Below, piece by piece: positions 1-6,851 of a DNA stretch of 64,000 nt; position 1 is the first letter of the stretch; the number at the start of each line of letters is the position of its first letter. Below the pieces are notes generated by a model. The model did not search any database and was not told the DNA's origin. It was given only the letters and a program-made list of their open reading frames with translations. The stretch is from Candidatus Doudnabacteria bacterium. Lineage in GTDB: Bacteria > Patescibacteriota > Doudnabacteria > UBA920. The stretch lies in assembly GCA_031291995.1 (NCBI GenBank), contig JARLHZ010000034.1, positions 14,915 to 78,914 of the forward strand, read 5' to 3'. Position numbers and translations under genes: made by a program.

Positions 1-66
1 AGGATTAGTCCTTGAGTTCAAACTTGATTCGCAAGTTCGTAAAAATTCGTAATTCGTAAAATCTAT

Positions 67-606
67 ATGGAACGACTTCAGGAACAATACAATAAACAGA
101 TAGCCCCGGCACTCAAACAGAAGTTCGGTTTTAGCAATGTCATGCAGGTCCCGAAAATTTTGAAAGTGGTTGTTAATGTCGGCGTTGGCAAAGTGAAGGA
201 AGACAAGAAGAAAGTTGACCAGATTGCCGAAGAGATAAAGAAAATTACCGGCCAGGCGCCGGTTAAGACCAAGGCCCGCAAATCCATTTCCGGTTTCAAA
301 GTTCGTGAAAATCAGATTGTCGGAATTACCTGCACGCTGCGCGGCTATAAAATGTACAGTTTTTTGGATAAAGTAATTAATGTCGGCCTGCCCCGCGTGC
401 GCGATTTCCAGGGAGTTTCCAAAGACGCTTTTGACGGACGCGGCAACTACCATTTGGGATTAAAAGAACAGCTGGTATTTCCGGAAGTGTCGTCCGAAAG
501 CTTAGACAATATATTCGGTATGGAAGTTTCGATAGTCACCAACGCCGGCAAAGACGAGCCCGCCAGAGAATTATTAAAGCAGATGGGATTCCCCTTTAAG
601 AAGTAA
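67..606 (+). CDS. rplE: 50S ribosomal protein L5
   Basis: 179 aa ORF with L5-like sequence (…KQKFGF…VVNVGVG…). Sits at the head of the S14-S8-L6-L18-S5-L15-secY cluster. Confidence 0.93.
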   Translation: MERLQEQYNKQIAPALKQKFGFSNVMQVPKILKVVVNVGVGKVKEDKKKVDQIAEEIKKITGQAPVKTKARKSISGFKVRENQIVGITCTLRGYKMYSFLDKVINVGLPRVRDFQGVSKDAFDGRGNYHLGLKEQLVFPEVSSESLDNIFGMEVSIVTNAGKDEPARELLKQMGFPFKK

Positions 607-695
607 TAAGAGAATAGAGATTAGTGCTTAGTGAATAGGATAGAACGTATGTCTTCTCCTATTCACTATGCACTAGGCACTAAGCACTAAATCAA

Positions 696-893
696 ATGGC
701 CACACAAGCACAAATCGCGAAGTCCAAGAGAAGCCTGAAAAAGAACGCCAAGTTTTCCACCCGGATTACCAGGCGATGTTGGAAGTGCGGCCGCAAAGCC
801 GGGTATATGCGGGATTTTAACTTATGCAGAATTTGCTTCAGGGAATTGGCCAGTAAAGGGGAAATACCGGGAATTGTTAAAGCCAGTTGGTAA
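696..893 (+). CDS. rpsZ: 30S ribosomal protein S14 type Z (zinc-binding)
   Basis: 65 aa with a CxxC…CxxC zinc ribbon (CWKCGR…CRICFRE). Canonical position between L5 and S8. Confidence 0.9.
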   Translation: MATQAQIAKSKRSLKKNAKFSTRITRRCWKCGRKAGYMRDFNLCRICFRELASKGEIPGIVKASW

Positions 894-895
894 AT

Positions 896-990
896 TAATT
901 GACAAGATTGACATGATTGAGCAAGAATGACAAGATTGCCAATCGTAAATCATGTCAATCATTTAAATCATTTAAATCTTGTTCAATAAA
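896..990 (+). repeat. Family A intergenic repeat, copy 1 (between rpsZ and rpsH)
   Basis: TAA-ATTGACAAGATTGACATGATTGAGCAAGAATGACAAGATTGCC…AATCATGTCAATCATTTAAATCATTTAAATC. Internal 12 bp inverted repeat GATTGACATGATT/AATCATGTCAATC. Confidence 0.85.
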
Positions 991-995
991 ATATT

Positions 996-1385
996 ATGTT
1001 CACCGACCCAATCGCCGACATGTTAACCAGAATCCGAAACGCCAGTGCCGCTAAAAAAAGCGAGCTGGTTTTGCCTTACTCCAAATTTAAGGCAAACTTG
1101 GCGGATCTGTTGTTGAAAGAGGGCTTCATTTCCGGATGCGGAGAACTGGCTGGCGAACATAAAATGCTGAGAATCAGTTTGAAATATTCCGGGCAGGAAG
1201 CCATTATTTCGGGGATTAAGCGCATAAGCAAGCCTGGGCAGAGAATCTATCTGCCGGCCGACAAGTTGCCAAGAACTAATTCGGGATTCGGCGTTACCGT
1301 TATTTCCACTTCCAAGGGATTGATGACAGACAAGGAAGCAAGAAAGGCCAAGGTTGGGGGAGAGATAGTGTGCCAGGTCTGGTAA
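996..1385 (+). CDS. rpsH: 30S ribosomal protein S8
   Basis: 129 aa. N-terminus MFTDPIADMLTRIRNA is the S8 signature. Gene order supports it. Confidence 0.95.
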   Translation: MFTDPIADMLTRIRNASAAKKSELVLPYSKFKANLADLLLKEGFISGCGELAGEHKMLRISLKYSGQEAIISGIKRISKPGQRIYLPADKLPRTNSGFGVTVISTSKGLMTDKEARKAKVGGEIVCQVW

Positions 1386-1547
1386 AACGCTGAAGGGACG
1401 CTGAACTGACACCAACGCTGATACTTCGCTGAATCGTCGGGTGTCGACCTAAGCGACCAATAATCGTGTATATCGGCGATCAATCGGCGTGAAAAATTAT
1501 TACTTAGCAGCATTCATTAATTTATCCAAATTTACTAATTCAACAAT

Positions 1548-2102
1548 ATGTCCCGTATCGGCAAAAAACCCGTAATAATTCCTTCCGGCGTGAAGGTAGA
1601 GAAAAAAGATTTGACTTTGACCGTTACCGGTCCTAAAGGGACTTTAACTTTAGCCGTGCATCCCAAGGTTATTGTGAATATTACCGATAAAGAAGTTACG
1701 ATAGACGTAGCCAACAAAGAAAACAAGCAGGAACGCGCGTTGTGGGGATTATTCCGCGCTCTTACCCAGAATCTGGTTGACGGCGTGACCAAGGGTTATG
1801 AGAAAAAGCTGGAAGTTATTGGTGTCGGTTTTAAAGTTGCCACTACTCCCGGAAAGCTGACTATGGCTCTGGGTTTTTCCCATCCGGTTATAGTTGATGT
1901 GCCCAAGGATTTGACCATTGCCGTGGAAAAAAATACAATTACCGTTATGGGTGCCGACAAGCAGCGGGTTGGGCAATTTGCCGCGGAAATCCGCGAACTT
2001 AAAAAACCGGAGCCTTATAAGGGCAAGGGAATTAAATATATTGACGAAGTCGTCCGCCGCAAAGCCGGAAAAGTTGTGAAGGTGGTAGGCGGCGGCAAAT
2101 AA
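1548..2102 (+). CDS. rplF: 50S ribosomal protein L6
   Basis: 184 aa. MSRIGKKPVIIPSGVKV start is typical of L6. Follows S8. Confidence 0.95.
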   Translation: MSRIGKKPVIIPSGVKVEKKDLTLTVTGPKGTLTLAVHPKVIVNITDKEVTIDVANKENKQERALWGLFRALTQNLVDGVTKGYEKKLEVIGVGFKVATTPGKLTMALGFSHPVIVDVPKDLTIAVEKNTITVMGADKQRVGQFAAEIRELKKPEPYKGKGIKYIDEVVRRKAGKVVKVVGGGK

Positions 2103-2103
2103 G

Positions 2104-2213
2104 CAATTGACAAGATTGACATAATTGAGCAAGAATGACAAGATTGCCATTTGTAAATCATGTCAATCATGTCAATCATTTAAATCATTTAAATCATTTA
2201 AATCATTTAATTC
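2104..2213 (+). repeat. Family A intergenic repeat, copy 2 (between rplF and rplR)
   Basis: Same core, with an expanded AAATCATTT array (x4). Confidence 0.85.
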
Positions 2214-2228
2214 TTGGTTAATCAGACT

Positions 2229-2612
2229 ATGAACAGCAACAAGCAAAAAAGAGCAAAGCGAATTATCCGCCACAAACGGGTCAGGTCGACCGTGGCCGGG
2301 ACTGCCGACAGGCCACGTCTTTCCGTATTTCGCGCCAATACCCACATTTACGCCCAGGTGATTGACGATTTATCCGGAAAAACTTTGGTTTCAGCTTCCA
2401 GTTTGGAAGTTTCCGCCAAAGGCGGACCCTCCTCCGGTGGAAAAGCCAAGGCAAAAAAATCCGACATGTCCAAAGAAGTCGGTAAAATGATTGCCCAAAA
2501 GGCAATGGCCAAGAATATCAAAGCTGTCCGGTTTGACCGCGGCGGATTTGCGTATCACGGCCGGGTCAAAGCTTTGGCCGACGGCGCGCGCGAGGGTGGA
2601 TTAGAGTTCTAA
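2229..2612 (+). CDS. rplR: 50S ribosomal protein L18
   Basis: L18-like basic N-terminus and core ([18 protein letters not shown]). The ORF track starts at TTG 2214; ATG 2229 is preferred. Confidence 0.88.
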   Translation: MNSNKQKRAKRIIRHKRVRSTVAGTADRPRLSVFRANTHIYAQVIDDLSGKTLVSASSLEVSAKGGPSSGGKAKAKKSDMSKEVGKMIAQKAMAKNIKAVRFDRGGFAYHGRVKALADGAREGGLEF

Positions 2613-2744
2613 TTGACAAGATTGACGTGATTGAGCAAGAATGACAAGATTGCCAATCGAAAATCATGCCAATCATTTTCCGCCAAAGGCGGAGCCGCCT
2701 CCGGCGGGAAATTAACTCACATTTAAATCTTGTTCAATAATTCT
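2613..2744 (+). repeat. Family A intergenic repeat, copy 3 (between rplR and rpsE), with an inserted near-copy of an rplR internal segment
   Basis: Same core. Bases 2667-2700 (TTCCGCCAAAGGCGGAGCCGCCTCCGGCGGGAAA) nearly duplicate rplR coding bases 2411-2444. Confidence 0.8.
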
Positions 2745-3248
2745 ATGGAAAAAAGACGCAGACAATCAGGCCGGGACGGCGGCGACCGCGAACGCAATGA
2801 GTTCGACCAAAAAACCGTGGAAATTAAGCGCGTCACCCGCGTGGTGGCCGGCGGAAAACGCATGCGTTTTCGCGCGTTGGTTGTAATTGGCGACCACAAG
2901 GGCCGCGTAGGCATGGGCCTGAAAAAAGGCGCGGATGTTTCGGAAAGCGTCAACAAAGCCGTGAACGCCGCCAAAAAGAGCATGATTACATTGCCTTTAA
3001 TTAACGAAACCATTCCGCACGAAGTCAATGTTAAATATAAGTCTTCCAGTTTAATGTTCAAGCCGGCCAAGCCCGGTACCGGCGTTATTGCCGGAGGGGC
3101 GGTTCGCAGCGTTATGGAGCTTTCCGGCGTAAAGAACGTCGTCTGCAAAATGCTTGGCTCGAACAATAAAGTTAACAATGTCAAAGCCGTGTTTGCCGCT
3201 TTTAATAAAATGAAGAGCAAGTCGGCGCTGGCACAAATGCGCAAATAG
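2745..3248 (+). CDS. rpsE: 30S ribosomal protein S5
   Basis: S5 motifs (KRVTRVVAGGKRMRFRALVVIGDHKGRVG). The track start is TTG 2730; ATG 2745 is preferred. Confidence 0.9.
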   Translation: MEKRRRQSGRDGGDRERNEFDQKTVEIKRVTRVVAGGKRMRFRALVVIGDHKGRVGMGLKKGADVSESVNKAVNAAKKSMITLPLINETIPHEVNVKYKSSSLMFKPAKPGTGVIAGGAVRSVMELSGVKNVVCKMLGSNNKVNNVKAVFAAFNKMKSKSALAQMRK

Positions 3249-3337
3249 TTTACGAAGTACGAACAAGTACGAACTTACGAAAGTTTGTACTTAAGGTTCG
3301 TATGTTCGTAAAATTTCGTACTTCGTAAAATACATTT
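3249..3337 (+). repeat. Family B palindromic element (TTTACGAAGTACGAAC…GTTCGTACTTCGTAAA), copy before rplO
   Basis: About 85 bp imperfect palindrome built from TTACGAA/TTCGTAA units. Ends 9 nt before the rplO ATG. Contains TTGTAC-18-TAAAAT promoter-like hexamers. Confidence 0.85.
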
Positions 3338-3772
3338 ATGATCAAACTCCACGAACTCCACAAACACCCCAAATCCACCCACCGCCGCAAGGTTGTCGGC
3401 AGGGGTCTTGGCAGCGGCAAGGGAACCTATTCCACCCGCGGCAACAAGGGTCAAACCAAACGTACCGGACACAGCAAGATGCCTGTTAATTTTGAAGGCG
3501 GCCGCCAGCCGCTGGTTCGCCAATTGCCGAAGTTGCGCGGTTTTCGGGCTCTTGACGGCAAACCAGCCGTAGTCTCTTTGAACGAATTGGCTGTTTTTGC
3601 CGATGGTGCCACCGTGGATCTTAAATCTTTGATTGCCAAAGGTTTGGTGGATGATATGACAAAAACCGCAAAAATATTAGGCGGCGAAATTAAAAAGAAA
3701 TTAAACATAAAATTGCCAATTTCGGCATCCGCCAAAGAAGCGGTGGAAAAAGCCGGGGGCAAAGTCTTTTAG
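3338..3772 (+). CDS. rplO: 50S ribosomal protein L15
   Basis: 144 aa. GRGLGSGKGTYSTRGNKGQ is the L15 glycine-rich signature. It directly follows S5 with no L30 gene between them. Confidence 0.9.
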   Translation: MIKLHELHKHPKSTHRRKVVGRGLGSGKGTYSTRGNKGQTKRTGHSKMPVNFEGGRQPLVRQLPKLRGFRALDGKPAVVSLNELAVFADGATVDLKSLIAKGLVDDMTKTAKILGGEIKKKLNIKLPISASAKEAVEKAGGKVF

Positions 3773-3859
3773 TTTACGAAGTACGAACAGGTACGAACTT
3801 ACGAAGGTTTGTACTTAAGGTTCGTAAGTTCGTAAAATTTCGTACTTCGTAAAAAATAT
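3773..3859 (+). repeat. Family B palindromic element, copy before secY
   Basis: Near-identical to the 3249-3337 copy. Confidence 0.85.
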
Positions 3860-5140
3860 ATGAACAAACTAGCGTTAATTTGGAAAACCAAGGACCTGCG
3901 CAATAAAATTTTAATTGTAACGGGTCTGTTGTTAATTACCCGCGTACTGGCTCATATCCCGATTTCCGGCATAGATATTACCGGACTCAAAAGCTACCTC
4001 CAGCAGAGCCAGTTTTTTAATTTGTTGGATATATTTTCCGGCGGCGGCTTGACCAATTTCTCCATCGCCATGCTTGGTGTTGGTCCGTACATTACCGCCA
4101 CCATCATTATGCAGTTGTTAACCATTGTCATACCGTCCTGGGCGGAGTTGCAAAAAGAAGGCGGCGAGGCCGGCCGGCAACAGTTAAACCAATACACCCG
4201 CTGGATGACTATTGTTCTGGCTCCTCTCCAGGGTTTCGGCACCATTCGTTTGCTGCAGAGCCAGGGCGGCGCGGCGGTATTGGGAAGTTTTAGCCCGTTT
4301 GTATGGTTTACGGTTTTGTTGTCCATTACTACCGGCACGATGCTGCTTATGTGGCTGGGTGAAATTATGTCGGAATTTGACGTTGGCAACGGAGTCTCGT
4401 TGATTATTTTTGCCGGCATTGTCGCCCGCTTGCCCGCCAACCTTGGTTTTTTGCAGGGCTGGTACGATCCATCCAAGTTGCCGACAGTCTTGGCTTTTGC
4501 GGCCATGATTTTAATTGTCATTGCCGGAGTGGTTTTGGTAACTGAAGCGCAAAGGAATATTCCCATTGCCTATGCCAAGCGCGTCCGCGGCAACCAGCTG
4601 TTTGGGGGAGTGGATACTCATTTGCCGCTTCGCTTGAACCAGGCTGGAGTTATTCCGATTATTTTTGCGATTTCCGTCATGCTTTTCCCGGCCATGTTGG
4701 CCCAGTTTTTCGTCAATGCCAAATCGGGCCTATTGGCCGGGTTGGCGACAAAAACCATTGCTCTGTTCCAAAGCCAGGGGTTGTTTTATGGCGTGACTTA
4801 TTTTATTTTGGTTATGGCGTTTACGTATTTTTATACGGCTGTGGTGTTTAATCCCGAGGAAATTGCCGAAAATGTGCAAAAAAACGGCGGCTTTGTCCCA
4901 GGCCTAAGGCCTGGCGCTCAGACTGCGGATTTTTTGAGCATGGTGCTCAACCGTATTACCCTGGCCGGCGCCTTCTTTTTGGCCGTCATCGCTATTTTGC
5001 CTCTTATCTTGCAAAACTATACCGGCACTACTTCGTTAACCTTTGGCGGTACTTCTTTATTGATTGTGGTCTCCGTGGTCATCGAAGTAATCAAAAAAAT
5101 CGAAGCTCAGCTGACAATGCACGACTATGAGGGCTTTTAG
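3860..5140 (+). CDS. secY: preprotein translocase subunit SecY
   Basis: 426 aa, about 10 TM segments. Conserved position after L15. Confidence 0.93.
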   Translation: MNKLALIWKTKDLRNKILIVTGLLLITRVLAHIPISGIDITGLKSYLQQSQFFNLLDIFSGGGLTNFSIAMLGVGPYITATIIMQLLTIVIPSWAELQKEGGEAGRQQLNQYTRWMTIVLAPLQGFGTIRLLQSQGGAAVLGSFSPFVWFTVLLSITTGTMLLMWLGEIMSEFDVGNGVSLIIFAGIVARLPANLGFLQGWYDPSKLPTVLAFAAMILIVIAGVVLVTEAQRNIPIAYAKRVRGNQLFGGVDTHLPLRLNQAGVIPIIFAISVMLFPAMLAQFFVNAKSGLLAGLATKTIALFQSQGLFYGVTYFILVMAFTYFYTAVVFNPEEIAENVQKNGGFVPGLRPGAQTADFLSMVLNRITLAGAFFLAVIAILPLILQNYTGTTSLTFGGTSLLIVVSVVIEVIKKIEAQLTMHDYEGF

Positions 5141-5185
5141 ATACCGCGGATCTGCGCGCGGATAGCGACGCGGATCGGTCGCGGA

Positions 5186-5262
5186 AGCTATTATCCGTGT
5201 CATTGCGAGTGCGTCCGAAGCAATCCATATTCTGATAAGATTGCTTCGTCGTCAGCCAAAGC
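5186..5262. repeat. MITE-like solo TIR pair of the GIY-YIG-element hairpin family
   Basis: GTCATTGCGAGTGCGTCCGAAGCAATC…AAGATTGCTTCGTCGTCAGCC forms a long imperfect hairpin with no ORF between the arms. Lies downstream of secY. Confidence 0.6.
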
Positions 5263-5342
5263 CCCGAATCCCAGCAATGACAGCAATAATTTACCAATTC
5301 CCAAAAACCTGCCATAATATTGGCAGGTTTTAAAATGACTTT

Positions 5343-5891
5343 ATGGTATTATCGGATAAATCGATAAACGAATATCTGGCCAGTGGAAAAATAATAATTG
5401 AACCCGCGGTCACGCCAAACGATGTTCGTCCTGTTGGAATCAGATTACATTTGGGAGAAGGTTTGCTTCTGCCAAAATCCGGTCAGACTGTGGATTTATC
5501 GAAAGAACAGCCGGTCGATTATGATTCCATTACGATGGGTACCGACGGGTTTGTTTTAAAGCCCAGTGGATTTATTTTAGGAACAACTTTGGAGTTAATT
5601 AAGGTACCGAGAAATATTGTCTGTTTTTTGGACGGGCGTTCCACCCTGGCAAGGTTAGGTCTGATGATTCATGTTACGGCCATGGTCGCTGACGGTAATT
5701 TTGAAGAGCCCGGTTCAATTGTTTTGGAAATAAAGAATCTTTCCCCGATGAATTTAATTTTAAAACCTAACTTGCCCATAGGCATGCTGTTGTTTAATCA
5801 GATTGATCAAGAAATTGCCCAAGACGTCCAATTCCAGTATAAAGGGCAAAAAGGGGTTTTACCGCCGGACTTAAAAAATCAATTCAAGTAA
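5343..5891 (+). CDS. dcd: dCTP deaminase / dUTPase-fold protein
   Basis: 182 aa. Dcd-like N-terminus (LSDKSINEYLASGKIIIEP) and beta-rich core. Confidence 0.75.
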   Translation: MVLSDKSINEYLASGKIIIEPAVTPNDVRPVGIRLHLGEGLLLPKSGQTVDLSKEQPVDYDSITMGTDGFVLKPSGFILGTTLELIKVPRNIVCFLDGRSTLARLGLMIHVTAMVADGNFEEPGSIVLEIKNLSPMNLILKPNLPIGMLLFNQIDQEIAQDVQFQYKGQKGVLPPDLKNQFK

Positions 5892-6257
5892 ATGCAAAAC
5901 GAAGAATTCGAAAATTTGATCAACGCCGCCATAGTGGCTTTGCCGAAAAATATTTTGGCTAAACTGGATAATGTGGAAATAACCATGGAAGAAGGGGATA
6001 GCCCCGACAATTCCCTGTTTGGTTTGTATCACGGCGTGTCACAGTTAAAACGCGGTTCGACTTACGGTTACGGCTCGGTTTTACCCGACAAAATTACTAT
6101 TTATAAAGGCACTATTGAAAAATTCGCCACCGATCCCGCCGATATCCCTTTTATGGTTCGCCGCGTCGTCTGGCACGAAATCGGCCACCATTTTGGTTTT
6201 GACGAAGAAGGCGTAAGGCGCTTGGAAGAAAAGTGGCGAAGAGAGGGTAAAGTGTAA
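5892..6257 (+). CDS. small zincin-like metallopeptidase-domain protein (HExxH)
   Basis: 121 aa with a WHEIGHHFG HExxH motif near the C-terminus. Resembles minimal MMP-like Zn-protease domain proteins (COG3824-like). Start ATG abuts the dcd stop. Confidence 0.5.
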   Translation: MQNEEFENLINAAIVALPKNILAKLDNVEITMEEGDSPDNSLFGLYHGVSQLKRGSTYGYGSVLPDKITIYKGTIEKFATDPADIPFMVRRVVWHEIGHHFGFDEEGVRRLEEKWRREGKV

Positions 6258-6270
6258 ATCTTTAAGTTGA

Positions 6271-6293
6271 TTTTTTGCTCGGCCGAGCAAAAA
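6271..6293 (+). terminator. intrinsic terminator TTTTTTGCTCGGCCGAGCAAAAA after the HExxH gene
   Basis: Perfect palindrome GCTCGGCCGAGC flanked by T and A runs. Confidence 0.6.
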
Positions 6294-6400
6294 CTCAACA
6301 AGCATTTTTTAGCAAAACATGACAAAGCGGTTATTATTGACAAAATTGGGGAAAAAATGTAAAATATAAAGTTAAATGTGTGTTATAATTTAATGGAAAT

Positions 6401-6826
6401 ATGCAAGAACAAACGAATCGAAACTTAACACCAGAAGAAAAACAGCAATTAGACGCGCTGCTCGCAAAAGCCGCTGATAATCGGATCAAGCCCGTTGAAT
6501 CGGATCTGTCTAATGCCGAAATTATAAGCCAAAAGGAGAGCGAAATCTCTCCGGATTTTGGGAGAGATACTCAAATTCCGCTTAAAAATCCGCCTGAAGT
6601 TAAACATTTTAATGCTGATGTTACAGGGGCTGCTAAACCGGTTTCCGCTCAGGCACAAGCGGCCAGTGAATCTTCTCAAAATAGGACAAATGGTGAATAC
6701 TATCTGGATACTTTGGCAAATGGTGAATTAATTGATTCCTCCAATAAGGCTACTGACGCTTTAAATGAATTGCTGCAACGCTTGCAAAATCCGGAGTCAG
6801 ACAAGACCACCCCTGATAAAAAGTAA
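6401..6826 (+). CDS. hypothetical acidic low-complexity protein
   Basis: 141 aa ORF preceded by a TTGACA-17-TAAAAT promoter at about 6331-6365. No recognisable domain. Confidence 0.45.
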   Translation: MQEQTNRNLTPEEKQQLDALLAKAADNRIKPVESDLSNAEIISQKESEISPDFGRDTQIPLKNPPEVKHFNADVTGAAKPVSAQAQAASESSQNRTNGEYYLDTLANGELIDSSNKATDALNELLQRLQNPESDKTTPDKK

Positions 6827-6851
6827 AAATTAGTTTGTTTCCAAAACAAAA

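Noticed and set aside
896-990. Family A repeat as a simple sigma70 promoter
   Set aside because: TTGACA boxes are present, but no TATAAT-like hexamer lies 16-18 nt downstream. So a plain promoter call is not supported, though regulatory function remains possible.
1023-1513. Minus-strand ORFs (130 aa, 88 aa) overlapping rpsH
   Set aside because: Antisense to a well-supported ribosomal protein gene, and low-complexity. Typical shadow ORFs.
3994-4566. 190 aa minus-strand ORF and 63 aa plus-strand ORF inside secY
   Set aside because: Lie wholly within the conserved secY frame. No independent signals.
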